Shown here piece after piece: positions 12,675 through 25,766 of a stretch of DNA of 46,364 bases (within the stretch, counting starts at the first letter, position 1; each line of letters opens with the position of its first letter). The notes below the pieces were generated by a model that did not search any database, was not told the origin of the DNA, and saw nothing but the letters and a program-made list of their open reading frames with translations. Origin of the DNA: Spizellomyces punctatus DAOM BR117 (lineage: Eukaryota); NCBI GenBank assembly GCA_000182565.2, contig KQ257450.1, one strand, 5' to 3'. A program made the position numbers and the translations under genes.

Positions 12675-14109
12675 CTATTGAGCCACCAAGGCAGCGCTCG
12701 GTACCAAGTTGAGTTCCTTCAACGTCTTTGAGCGGTCGTCGCCATCAAGGACTTTCCGAGGGAAAGTTTGGAGAAGCTTGAAGCTGGTGCCTGGTCGGCT
12801 CTTTGCAACAAAATCATACACGGCAGAGAGTTGGTCATCAGCACGGAAGGTTTGCGTAATCGGAGCGCCGTCGGGGAGGCGTATCTGCAAGAGCATGACG
12901 TTGGTCCAAACCCGCCAACATTGTCCAAGGAATGCCGTTACCTGTAGTCGTGTCTCATCATAGTTTTTCGACACGATAGCTGGCGCCGGAGCGGGCTTTG
13001 CTTCCACTTGATGCTGTGTTGTGGAAATTCCTTGCGCAGCTAACTTGCGTTCTTCTGCCTATGTAAAGAGCGCTTATATGAGCAACTCGCCATATTCATA
13101 TGACAATCATTAGCCTCTAACCTGTCGAGCGCGTTCTCTTTTGTCGGCCTCAATTTGTGCTTTAATCTTTTCCTTGGCCCTCCGGTCTTCTTCTTTTTCT
13201 CTCTTTTTGGCCTCTAATGCTTTCTGCATCTCTTGTTCTTTTATCTTCTCCTTTAATTCAGTCATCTCCTTTCCTGTCGCCCGGCGGACCTTCTCTCGAC
13301 CTTTGGCCTCCTCTGCTTCCAAGCGTCGCTTTTCGTCCCGTTTAGCAGCAAGCCTCGCCTGCAACTCTCCTAGTTTCGCCTTCTTCTCCTCTTCCGTCAG
13401 TGGCTTGATCGCTTCTGTCGATTCCGAGAAATTTGTATGGCCGCTCTTTACGGCGTGGAACTCGGCCGCGGCGGCGTCACGCAAAAGTCTGCCGCAGTCG
13501 TCGCATTTCAATGATTGCGCCGTTGCTTGTTCCGGTGATATCACCCCTTCATCTTCAGCTACCATTTTATGTGCAAGAAAGGGATCGCGCAAGGGAAGAT
13601 AAAGAGGTGGCTCGTCTACAGCTATCGCACGCTTTCCAACATACCGCCAACATCACCCGGTCGTCCACCTCCACCATTCCCTGACGCGAGCTCTTCATCC
13701 GTGGGATCTGGGTCCTCGGCGTGCGCAAAGAGCCTAACTTAACTTCAACACAAGTACTTTTCATTACTAACTACATTCATGGACCTACCAGTCCATAGCT
13801 GGCTTCAGTATGAGAGTTGGAGTTAATTATGCGGCGGCGGTTGAAATGTAAATTTCCTTTCCGCATATTTACCTGAAGCCCAGCATTTTTGGTCACCTGC
13901 AAGGCTTTAGCACTATGTAAAAGGTTCGAAACAGGTTGGTTAGAGTTGATGCCACCATTGTCGTCAGAAGTAACGCATTAGTCGTAACGACCGTACACTT
14001 TGGCTGGGCTAAATCCCATCTCTACATAAAAAAGGCTGTCAATAAGCTATTGATGGACCGAGGACACCTCATGAAGCATACCAATCAACGTGTCCTTGTC
14101 CGATGGCAT
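12675..14109 (-). CDS. UBXN1/SAKS1-like p97/Cdc48 cofactor (UBA, C2H2 zinc finger, coiled coil, UBX); multi-exon
   Basis: Micro-exons from ATG 14109 give MPSDKDTLIEMGFSPAKVAKALQVTKNAGLQPAMDWLFAH (UBA), then LKCDDCGRLL..AEFHAVKSGH, a coiled coil, and the UBX domain (RLQIRLPDG...TFPRK...LVPSAAL). Confidence 0.88.
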
Positions 14110-14324
14110 GACGGAAAGGGTGTGGTTTCAGTGCGTGCGTTCTCTTGAGGGAAAGATCAATTTCACGCAAATTGCAAATCGTGAAGCGATCGCTACGTGG
14201 GGAAGTCTTTGGCAAACGTGGTCAGCTATGACTCATTCAAGGACGACGTGTTTTTGGAGGTTCGTGTCCAAAACAAACAAAAGATATCATCTTTGCATGA
14301 TAGATGGGAAAGTAGTTGCCGACA

Positions 14325-17300
14325 ATGGCCGCAGTTGCTACCGCCCCAAGGGCACATGTGGAGAATTGGGACTCCCGATTATTGTTGACGGAGGTGCAAA
14401 AGAAAGCCGTCACGGTGCTGCAAGAGGCTTGTGCGCATTTGCCAATACCAGAGGAGGTTGGTATTGGGTAGCCATGACCGCAGAGCACTTATTGACTCTC
14501 TCTTACTCGCTCAAATTGTTTGGGTCGTATTAATTTGGTGAAAGCTGGGGGAGAGCGACGAGGAAGTCGATGAGGTGGAGCCGGCGATAGAAGACACAAA
14601 GTATTCCGTTGTATTAGGGTTGCGGAAGCCGATTGAAACCACGCAGCAGTTCTTTAACTGGTTCGAGAAGGTTGAGGAAGAAATGGAACGTGGTCAAGAA
14701 GAGGGATACAGGTATGTGTGCCGGGTGGGTGGGTGTCTGCCAAATATCTCGACGGAGCCTAGAACTCTGAATACAGAGGATATCTCGCAACGGTGTACGC
14801 CTATCGTGACGCGTGCGATGAGATTTTAAAGAAGGTTGAATCGACCGCCGAGCTGTTGGATGGCCTACAAGTCAATTATGACTCTGTAGAGGACAAGACC
14901 AAAGCACTCCAAACTGCTTGCGAAAAGTTACTGGCAGAGCAAATGCATTTGGCGGAAATGGCGGAGCATCTTTCTACCAGGTTGAGCTATTTCAATGAGC
15001 TTGAACCCATCGCAAAGCTGTTCGGCTCTCCAGGAGATCAAGTCTGTCTGGACGACAAGTTCGTTCCAATGCTTCTGCGATTGGACGAATGCATTGCATT
15101 TGTCCAAGCCAATGTAAGTTTGTTTGACCCTCCCATTAATGTAGACGATGTGGATAACATATGAACGCAGATGCACTATCGGGATGCCGAACTTTACTTG
15201 ATGAGGTTCCGCCAATGTATGACAAGAGGTTTAACCCTCATAAAAATGCACTTCGTCAGTACGATGCGGTTGACGGCAAACGACATCCGAGGAAAGATCG
15301 CCAATAGGGTACACCGTTTCCTGATACCTACTGTACAGGATGCAATGCTAACATGGCATATCAGGGTCCAAATGAGCCACTTACGCCCAACATGCAACTG
15401 TCCCTCTTTTATGTGAAATTTCGCACTCTTGCCCCTAATCTGAGATTTCTTCTTGCACAACTGGAGGCCCGTTGTGAAAATCATCCTGAGTATGTCGCCT
15501 CCTGACCTTGCTGATATGCATATTTGCTAATGGCTGTTGGGTTGTCACAGGTACTTTGCGCTCTTGGGGGATTGTCTGTCCGCTTACTTCAATGTACGGC
15601 AGACCCTTTTGAGTTCGTACATTGCTATGCACATTCAGGCTCTTATGGAAAGCGGTGACGTGTTGGCGATCGTAAGTATATAGTTTAAAAGTCCCCCAAA
15701 GTGACTTACGGCAGTATCGCTATGCCCCCTAGCTAACTCTATCTCTTAAGTCAAGAAGTGGTTGCGCTTACATCATGCGACTATGTGCTGACGAAATGGC
15801 ACTCTTTCATCAATATTTTCATCTTGGCGAGGAAGAATTCGAGTAAGCCAAATTTGGCGCTTTCTTTTCGGTGATCGCGGTGTCCATCGAAGCATTACGT
15901 ATTCAAGCTTACTCAACTTAGGGGTTACTTGGACTCTCTTTCTGCGTATCTTTACGATACACTGCGCCCCCTCATTTTGCGAGAATCCCGGATAGACGTT
16001 CTTTCGGAGTTATGCCAAACACTGCACATATACCTTGGTTCTCCCGACGTAGCTCTGGGTCAGGTGGAAACCCACGAAGAAAGAGAGACAGAAAGAGAGG
16101 AAACGAAAAAACAACCGATCGAGTCAGTTGTGAAGTTTATCCTGGAAGATGCACAGCAGCGATTAGTTTTTAGAAGTCAAACCTATATTCGCGAAGAAAT
16201 TGAAGGGTTCACACCTAGAGATGAAGAACTAGCGATCTTAGCGAGAGGAAGAGGGTTGCCGCAACCAACAGCAATCCAAGCCGCGTACAGCGTTGCACCC
16301 GTGCTGAGCCCAACGAAACCTTCATCTCCAGCGGTTTTAGAAGTGGATCCTCCATCTGACGAAGATGACGTTGGTGGCGAGTATGATGAGTCAGCAAGAC
16401 TTCAAGAAGAGCAGGAGCCAAGCGCAAGTGCAATTGGTAAACTGGTATTTGGTGGGGGAGAATGGTATCCAACCATGCACCGAACGCTGTACATTCTTGG
16501 AAAGCTCTATCGATGCGTCCCAAATCCAATATTTGAAGATCTCGCACAGGAAGCTGTGGAATGCTGTCGTCGATCACTTATTGGAGCCGCAGAAACAATT
16601 TCGGGAAAGCAAACCAAGCTTGATGGACAGTTCTTTTTGATGAAGAACTTATTGATGTTGCGAGAGCATATAACACCGTACACTGCCAACTTTGTACGAA
16701 AGGAGGAAGTCGTGGACTTTTTACACCTTCAAGACGCGGTTTCAGCTCTTTTACGGTCACGCTGGAACATAGAGGCATTATCTACTATTGGTAAAGGCCT
16801 AATGTCTGCCGGAACGCCAGTTATTGTGGAGAGTTATGCGGATGCAAAGCAGGTGCAAAGGTGCTTTCAACGCAAGTTCACACAGAACGGGATTCAAACC
16901 GTACTCACCCTCACCGCTACGGTTCTTTCCATTGTTTGATGGGATGATCTTAGTTGGTGGACCAGGATCTCAAACGCGTGTGCGAGGAATTCATTATTGA
17001 GACCGCCAAAGCCGCCGTGGAGCCTATTTCTGCGTTCATGTTGAAGGTTTGTTGTATTCATGATTGTTGATCCACCCTTCACACTCGTAATATGCTCGTG
17101 AAGGTGTCTGAACTTCGATCTCGCGCGGACATGACCCGAGAACCACTCGTAAAGCAAGCATTTGGCACCTCTGGTAAGTTTGAGTGGTTCCTACAGCCAT
17201 TCCGAGCCCAGCATCGCGCTTACATGTACCTGCTGCGTCTTCGTTCCTTTCAAAGAGCAAGTCCTGGAGGTGTGTGACGCTTTTCGAAGGTCTCTCACTG

Positions 17301-17607
17301 AGCATGTCGGCTTTGCCGTCAACAAGATGGCCGACTACCTGGGCGATCGAAAAACGGAAGTTGTGCTAATTAAAGTCATTACAGTGAGTTAGTTTTTGCG
17401 GTCATGTACACCCGATGCATCGCTAATGTATCCACCATGCAGAGCAATATTGTAGATACTTATCAAGCCTTTCACGACACGATGGCGTCTGAATATGACT
17501 TCTCAATTATGAGACAAATTCCTCCTGTAAATGATATTATTATGATCGTAGATGCTGTCTGTCGGTCCCGACGAACATCAGCAAAAACTGGAATAGTAAG
17601 CCAATAA
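14325..17607 (+). CDS. COG3: Conserved oligomeric Golgi complex subunit 3 (COG3/Sec34); multi-exon
   Basis: QQFFNWF, YRDAELYLMRFRQCMTRGL, LYDTLRPLIL, EDAQQRLVFR, WYPTMHRTLYILGKLYRCV and DGQFFLMKNLLMLREHI motifs. Confidence 0.93.
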
Positions 17608-17880
17608 ACAACAAATGATTACCTTCTGTACTGTGGTTTCGCGCCATATACCTTTTCAAGTAACCGTCAAGAAGCTTCCGCTTTTGTTACTCATTCCCAC
17701 GTCCTAGATCACGATGGTTGGAAGCAGTGTGAAAGCTTAGCTAGTATGAGTAAGCGAGACCCCCGTTTTCTTCTGGGGTTCTCGCTATGTTCAGGAAGCT
17801 TCCCTCCTGGGGTGACTGCTTATTTTTACAGTCCTTCTCTGTCCTCTGCTTCTGCTATCGCTTTGTTCGCTTCTCATGAG

Positions 17881-18270
17881 ATGGACGCGGTAAAACAGGA
17901 ACCTTTGCACTCCACGAAAGAAGTCGATCCACTGCATATACAGCGATCCCGGATGAAAATGGAACAGGTCAGATACAGCACGCAATGTATATGCGAATGA
18001 CTATCTGCGTTGCTGATCCCACTTGTTGTACTCTAGAACTCAGAGGCGCTTACCATCGAGAGTCTCGATGCAGAAATCATCGCAACATTTGAGAAATCGG
18101 TCACTAAGGCTCAGTGGCACACAGACGAGACGCAGCTCCTAGCAGCCTTGTACCGTAAAAACAAGGCGAATATGGATGCAACTTGGAAAAAGTTTAACGA
18201 ATTAACTGGCAAGAGCAAACAGCAGTGCAGAGACAAGATTGGAAAGATGAAGAGGAAGGGTGATATATGA
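17881..18270 (+). CDS. Small two-exon protein with a C-terminal Myb/SANT-like helix-turn-helix
   Basis: Exon 1 MDAVKQEP...MKMEQ, GT-AG intron ~17968-18037, exon 2 ...QWHTDETQLLAALYRKNKANMDATWKKFNELTGKSKQQCRDKIGKMKRKGDI*. Confidence 0.6.
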
Positions 18271-18299
18271 TGTCAGATGGACTATGTGATCGTTTGATC

Positions 18300-21200
18300 T
18301 GTCATGATGCAAAATGTTGTCCCAAGGCGGTTGAAAAGTATAGCTGTGTCAAGAGGAAATATCCCTCAACCATTTGTAAAATGTAATTGTAAATGTTGAG
18401 CAAGTTGCAGGTCGGGACACAGGCAAACCTCACGATCGGCCCTGCTTAGCGCAGTACAGAACAGTTATCCTGCTAAAGGAATTTACTCCGACACAAAACA
18501 GAGCATATGGTTCCGCTGGCAGCGGGTAGCGGGCCTGGAGAATGTGGTCTGATGTACTCTGAAGTCAATCGGATTCAGCATTGATTGTTTACCTTCCTAT
18601 AATGAGCGCCGTGAGCGTTGGTCGAACCCTTCAGAGCAGCAAGGAGCACTGCCTGGAAGGATTATGCAATGCGGAGCTTGGGTACTAGCTAGAACTATTA
18701 AACAACCCATGAGTTGCCAAAGATGGGTGTCTGTCGTTACCAAGTATGCTCCCGCCTGTTCCATCTATCCACTTCCGTCCTTCGCTTTTCCCAGAAACGC
18801 AGGGAGGTAGCCTGCCTGTTAGGCGTAGATTTGATGCGATTTCTTTTCTTTTGAAACCTTTACCTATAAAGAACAATAGTGAGCATTGTCAAACAAGACA
18901 TCAAGTCCTGCAAATGCAGAAGTGGAATGCAGAATTCCGATGATAATCTGCGCCACAGCAAGTAGCTCGAGAGATCTAGGCAGGAGATGCCGAATTGTAA
19001 GGCTCACCCGGAGACAACATTAAGGCTCTTCTTATGCGCTATTCTTTGTTGGAATGAACCTGTTGGCGAAGACGAAGGGAGAGATACCGAGTGATTATGA
19101 AAACAAAAGCCGGGAAGATCTGTGACAAGGAGCAGCGACCCTGCGGTGTCATCGTATTGTCAAGCGAGTGCATCGTGTGCACTGTCGCGCCATGTCCCTA
19201 TTTCCTTTCTATACAGTTTTCACGTACTCTTGCAAATCTCGGAAATTGAACGAAGATTCAGCATCAATATCAATAATACAACCTTCCTGTGACATTTCAG
19301 GTGTTCTGCGCAGGGCCAAAACAAATGCAATGGCTTCACCGGATCATATCTCCGCTGAAGCTGACAGAAGAAGCACAGTATACTTTTGGTTATTTGTATA
19401 AGACCATCTGCCCAACCTGCCACTCCATTTCTAAAGCCCCTTGCCAAAGAAGATATGCCCGACAATCAGTCAAATAAGTTCTCTGACAGACCAAGGCCAG
19501 CAGCAGAAGCCATTCGTAGTTCCACCTGAAATTACGCCTGCATCGTATCAAACACTTGCACCTACCAGCACTTTTTTGTCCAAATTGAGCACGGGGGTTT
19601 CTCATGCTGTCACCATTGTATTTGCTGCTTTTGGCGACAAAGTTCGCTTGGAAATTCGCAGAGAAGGTGACAGAACGCTTGGGTGCGTAGGGGGCTAGGT
19701 GCGACCTTCTGTTGCGTCTGACTTTAAAGATGGGCCATACCTAGCGTCGGCCGTTGATACTTGATCGTGATCACTTAGCATGCACATTGATCATGTTTAC
19801 AGGAGAAGCCCTCGACTGACGAGCATGAGTTTCCGATTGTAGACAATATCCCATGGCTAGAAGAAATTGCATTTACCCTTTTGAAGCCGACCTGGTACCT
19901 TGATATTCTAATGGCTAGCAGTGTTGGCTGGATCTTCATGAAGGGAGGTCTGGGACTCAAAGTGCGGCATCCATCTGACGGCGAATTTGGTGGAGCACTA
20001 TCGCACACTCTTCATTGCCAGTATTTGAAGAGAGACAAACAATATGTATGTTATCGCTCTCAGTTGCTGAACTGGCAATGCTCTTTGTTAATTGCTTTCG
20101 TACAATGCAGAAACACCGATACATCCTCGACATGACTCTTCGCCTACCAGTGGTGATTTGGGGTGCATCCGATGCTCCATTTTCCGTGTAAGGTCCCCCA
20201 TTACAGTCGCCTCTGCCCTTTGTATCAATGGGCAGGTATTCGCATTTGCACATCTCACAGCGACCAGGTTGATGTGTTCACAAAGACCATCCGTCCAAGC
20301 ACGCACCCTCTCTGTCAGCTCATTGAGCCGAACTATCGATTTTCGCCAGTACTGAACAATATAGTTCTCTTATGGCACAGTTCCGTCCTGTATCCCACAT
20401 GATGGAAAGTTTATGCAGGGTTTCCGCGTACCAAGAGAGGAGAGCATGACTTGATCTTCTACAGTTCTATGTGACACAGTTCACATCTATGGAACCCGCT
20501 CCAAGCCATATCGCCAGGCTTGACTGCTCCAAACAAGTTGTTGGAAGTTCGATACGGATTTCAAGATGCCGACATGAAGGTGGCTGAAGAGATGTTCCGG
20601 AAGGATATGCAACAAATTGCACGGTGTCCGAGGGATCCCGTGGTTGGCATGAGCGGTGAAGAGTTTTCAGCTTGTATTGAACGGTGAATCGATGGTGGCC
20701 ACATAGGAATCTTTGATAGTCATAGACAGTCCTTATTTCCTTCCCGTTAGTGGGCGCCCTTTTTAAGGAAATAGTAGCTCATGAGCGGGAGAGCGCTTCA
20801 ACATTCGTTTGTAACAAATATACGTTGTCATCACATTATTTTAGTGCATGGGCACCCTCTCCATTATAGCGACAGTTGGTATTTGTTCAGACCTTGAGCC
20901 AAGGAATATGTACGAGACGTAGAAAGTCAATCCCTTGAATACTTGCCTTCCAATGGGGCAGCTTAGAAACGGCGCTCTTGGAATAAATAGTGTACTGATG
21001 TAGGCCGCTCAAGACTCCGAGCGAACAATTGCAATTGTGTGGAATAGCTGGTGGAACCGGAAGTTATCACCATCAGTTCCAACTGTCTACTTCATGAACT
21101 TCATGATAGAAGCAATTTACTATTGGGCACCCAGATCACTGGCATCAGATTTCACTGCCAAACGTCAACCTACTGTTGGAGGCCGCAGCTATTAGTGTCC

Positions 21201-24200
21201 AACAATACTGGACCAGATTGACTGGATCGCCCCGGGAGCAAGGAAGCTCAACAAATAACTGTTCGTGAAGATATCGGGGCGGGCAAAGTTTCCGTACTCA
21301 AGTCTATGCTCTGGTTACTGTATACATACTTCCAATCTAACCTTGCCGTTCAAACATTCTAATCCTGGTCCGCATAAATCGTGCAGCTCATCACAAAAAG
21401 TCTTGGTCATGGCACGAAAAACGACTAGACTTACCAACTATGTAATAGCCACCTTTGGGCGAGTTCAAATCCAGCCGACTCTGAGCTGAAGGTCCTTGAA
21501 CCGGCTCCTTACGATCTTGTCGAAGTACCCTTCCTTTTCCGGCCTGCCAGCAGTCCATCTCGTTCTCATAATTGCACTTGCGGTTGCTGATGCCAATTAA
21601 ATGGGTAAGGTTACTAGAATAAAAATCTTTGGGAGGCATTCTACGTAGCTCTCACAAAATCTTGGCTGAGGAACCTAAAGAAACCTGGACGTAATGGGGC
21701 GATACACGAGAATCGCATCGGAAGGGCAAGGCATGCAAATCCGCCCAAGGCGGTAATTTGTGATAATCATATGCTGGAAGCAACCAATATTGTCCTAAAA
21801 GTGAAGCACTGGCTGTTCAGATATTAAACTATGCGGATCAGGTTAGGGTTGGTGGAAATGTCTTCGGGTAGCCTTTCCTGTGGTTACCAGAAAGTTTCCA
21901 GTAGCCCTGATACCCTCTTTATGGCAATATCAGGTGAATGCTTGCTCCTTCCGAGTCCCTTGGGGGACATCTTCGAAGTCCGCTGGACAGCGATACGAGA
22001 TCAACCAAGAGCGCTGCGTTCTATTCCTGAAGAACATCTTTGGGCATTAGCGCTCCGCCGGAAGTTCATAATCATCGTGTGCTGCTTTCGAGAGTGTAGG
22101 TAAAGATGGGCGGGCATTCGAGAGCGAGCACAGCACCCAAAGGCGCAACTTATTTGACTATTGGTCTCTCGATGATTCCATACTTCTGCACCACCCAGTG
22201 GAAAGGACCTACTCCACCGCCTCTTGGTATTTGAAGATTAGAGGTGCAACGGGCTCATGAGTTGTCTCCATTAGTCTCAACATGACGACAGGAACCTCGA
22301 GGTCGGGGACGCTTTCATGTTCTATCCCAGAGGACAACCTGACAGACTGTTTCCGAAGGCTCCGATCTCTACATGGTCGAGGAACTAAGTTGTTGTCAGG
22401 GCAAAGGCAACCCATTGCCAAGAGGCGCATTGAGACATGCACGATTGGTCGGATTCTGCGTTCTAGACTTGTTTGTTTTCTAGAAGGGGGCTGTCCGTGT
22501 AGTGTTTTGGATAATTATGGAGATGTTACATTAGACGATAGGTACCCAGCCGGCTCCTGTTTGCCATAGCCAGGTCGCGTAGACAACCTCGGGGCCACCA
22601 AAAATGGGGTGAAAGAGATGGTGTATTGAGATGATTGGCGACAGGCGTGCATGGCTCTTCATAAATGTTTGCAGAGACCGAGAAAAAGGTGCTGATATCT
22701 CCGTAGCACTGTTATTGTCAGACTCACAAGATGGTGGATCCTTGGTATCGCACAGCACGCCATAGACATCGTCAGATTGCAACTCATATTTCCAGTGTAT
22801 CAGTCCACACGCTTTGCGGTGTTTTTTTTGGATGTCCGGAGGAATATCACAAATTCCACAAACGTGTCCTGTATGTATGCGACCAATTGACTGACATCCA
22901 ATTGGAAGTTGAGCAAGCGGCATTCTTCTGCGGCATATCCAGGGTCATGCTTGGCCTAGGGCAATTGGCGCAGGAATGTTTGTCATGGCCGGGGCAAACC
23001 AGTATAACCTCCTTACTTACTTCTGGAAGAAAGCGAATGAGTACATAGATGCCGTGATCCCAGTACTGTATGCCCGTCGCTGCATCAGCAAAAGGCCATA
23101 ACCGGTCACCTATTGAGGTATTTGACGATAGAATACTCTCAACAATTTGTACTAGACTCGGTGGTCTGTAAATAATGCAAGCTGCACGAAGCTGGTAAGC
23201 ATTTAAAACGTGCAACATATATCTTATTCTAAAACCGTTGTTCATGGTTTAGCGAAAAAAAGAAAAGTGGGATCATGCTGTAGCCACAAATCCTAAATGT
23301 CGTTGACTTCCCGAAGACATTGACGGATTGTTCGCCTTGCCGACATTGCAGAGGACCAAACCAGCAAATGTCTTGGCGATTTCGGAACATGGACGTACTA
23401 CTAAAGTTTGCCATGCTTGCGAATTCATCCTTCTGGACCTTGCCTTCACCAAGAAGGCAACAAACCCACGGCGGGATCCCTCGTTGAAAGAAAGACCTGT
23501 CGAATGTTTACATCGAGTTTTCAAACTGTGGTTGCGCTATACCGATCGCGGCAACTCTACAGCTCGGTGCAGAAAGCGGCGCTTTCGATAGAGTCTATGT
23601 AGGGAACTACATATGCATTGCCTTTTGGGAGCTTAGCGGGGAGAACGACAGATTCCTGGCCTAAATCTCTGTTTGAGCGGAGCCTTCGTCAACGCAACGG
23701 AAATTGAGGCTCGCAGATTTTCCTGATGGACTTGCCATGCACACTTTATCAGTAAAAGCTACAAAAGATATGCCCACAAAGGCCATCATTCTTGCTTTCT
23801 GGATGATAAATAATTAAAAAGGAAAACATGTATCATTGCCACTGGAGCTTCCTTCTGATATGCGACCACCACTACATCTCGGCATTCCGAAGTCCGCAAC
23901 CAGCATAAGAGTGCATATATGGCGTCTTCCTTCACCACACCGGCCAGAACAGTCTTAAGCTGTCTACAATAAAGGTGGTTCAAGTTTTGATTAGAAGCAG
24001 GGCCTTACCGCATATCTCCGTCGAGAAGATACTCGTACATAATTTTATGGTCACAGCGATTGGGTTTGTTTCCCTTGTTACGAAAAAAAAGCGGGGTACT
24101 TTCCTCTATGTGACTGGTTCAGTTGTGATAGAAACTAGTGAGCATTGCAGAATTGATGTGCACATCACATTTGAGCAAATTCCCGAAGTGGATAATACGC

Positions 24201-25330
24201 TTCTGAAAATAGTGCAAGGACAAACGCATGTACAGCCGAAGGCAAACATGGCAAAAGCCACGCACGCAGGAGCATGGTAGCCCGATGAGACACTTAGGAT
24301 GCGAAACAGGCAACGAAGCACGCCTCTTTGCTGTTTGCATTGGGGAAACATAGGTTCTAAACCAGTGCCGCAACCACATAGTCCGACATAATTACACAAC
24401 TGGAATAACGGGCAGCCAGTTTCCATACTAGGTCTAGCGCAGGTCAGGGTCTTTGGAAGCGTCTTGAATAATTCCGCCTCATTGCACGCCCATTTTACTA
24501 TCGCCGCAGATGCGATTTATGCCATCAGGTTCATCCTGGGATGGAATTCAAGGTGATATGTCATTACAATGATTCTGGATATAATGTGGGAGAGGATGAT
24601 GAAGATCGCAGTTTTCGACCTGCTTCTTCCTCCTGTGAATTCATAGATAAAAGCTTTTGAGGACATCAACGGTCCTGCATGCAAGCCATAGACTGCGTTG
24701 GAAGACGACTGAAGCTTTCAAACCAATATACTACTATACATATTTTAAATCGTTCATCGTGTGACAGAAGATACCGTAGCGAAACAAGTGGAACTTCAGA
24801 GCAACTAAATATACATATCTTGTCCATTGCTGATCCCCACCAATAAGTGGACTATGTTTTCTCGGTAGAAAGCCTAAGCTCCTCTGAATGCCCCTCGGGT
24901 CAGTTCTCGACTCGACAAAAGATGCGATAATAAAAAAGATGCACCAAATCTCCAGCCACAACCGTTTGCGAGCTAAAACAGTGGTCTAAATGACGCAGGA
25001 CTCCAAGCATGCATCGAAAGTTGTAAAAGCCCGCAAATGCATTATTGAAGAAGTTGACGAGGAAAAAATCTTTGATAAAGTCCGTCGAGTTGCAATAGAT
25101 AAGGACCCATAATGTCAACATAAGTTTGGCCTGACCGCAACCCACTAGTGGCGACATTATCTGTATGGTTTGGCCCTGCGCAAATATCCGCTGCGAAAAC
25201 TGCTGGGAGCGAGACAATTCTTTCAAACCTATGCTCGAGTAGCTCTTCTGTTTTGTGCGGCACTTTTGCATCATGGTGTGCCGCCGACATGAAAGTTCCA
25301 TGGACGAATTGAAGTTTTGATGTTTATCCA
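18300..25330. pseudogene. Decayed coding/transposon debris: several stop-interrupted reading-frame fragments
   Basis: No intact spliced gene model in ~7 kb. Protein-like fragments broken by stops and frameshifts at ~19190-19500 (-), ~20250-20380 (-), ~20490-20690 (+) and ~22530-23250 (-). Confidence 0.4.
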
Positions 25331-25374
25331 AGTGTCCTATCGATCCCGTTCATTAGTTTTCCAGATCTTACTCT

Positions 25375-25463
25375 TTCTTCACGGGAAGGCAGACCCGGAT
25401 CTTGACATGAAAGACGACCGGGTTCTTCACATGGAAGCGGACCGGTTCTTCACCTGAAGGAAG
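25375..25463. repeat. Four degenerate ~24-bp tandem units upstream of the ferric reductase
   Basis: ttcttcacgggaaggcagacccgg / atcttgacatgaaagacgaccggg / ttcttcacatggaagcggaccgg / ttcttcacctgaaggaag. Confidence 0.65.
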
Positions 25464-25766
25464 AAAAGCCTGCGGCCACAGCTCTGAAGGAAGCGGCGTA
25501 AAACGGAGTCAATGGCGTTTGAACGAACGGGTGTCGTTGCCTCACCATTGCTTTCATTGCGGACAATGATCTGTTAGCTCATATCTGGAGCAAATATGCA
25601 TCACCCTTGTGTTTGTTTACGGACTCTCGCGTATGAAACGAGCATCGTTTGCCTCGTTCCTCGCGTAACTAAGCCACCGATCTGAGCCCTGCAAGCGCAA
25701 GATATATAAATTAGCGCTATAGCCAAACCAGCATAAACACTGCGCGGAAGCACCCACATTCACAGC

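Noticed and set aside
22530-24430. Cys-rich ORF fragments as possible CxC/KDZ transposon or effector remnants
   Set aside because: No diagnostic motif could be matched by eye, so they are left as unassigned debris.
25574-25594. Mac1-like copper response element (GAGCAAA with an imperfect inverted partner) upstream of the reductase
   Set aside because: A 7-mer match is expected by chance and conservation of this motif in this lineage is not established.
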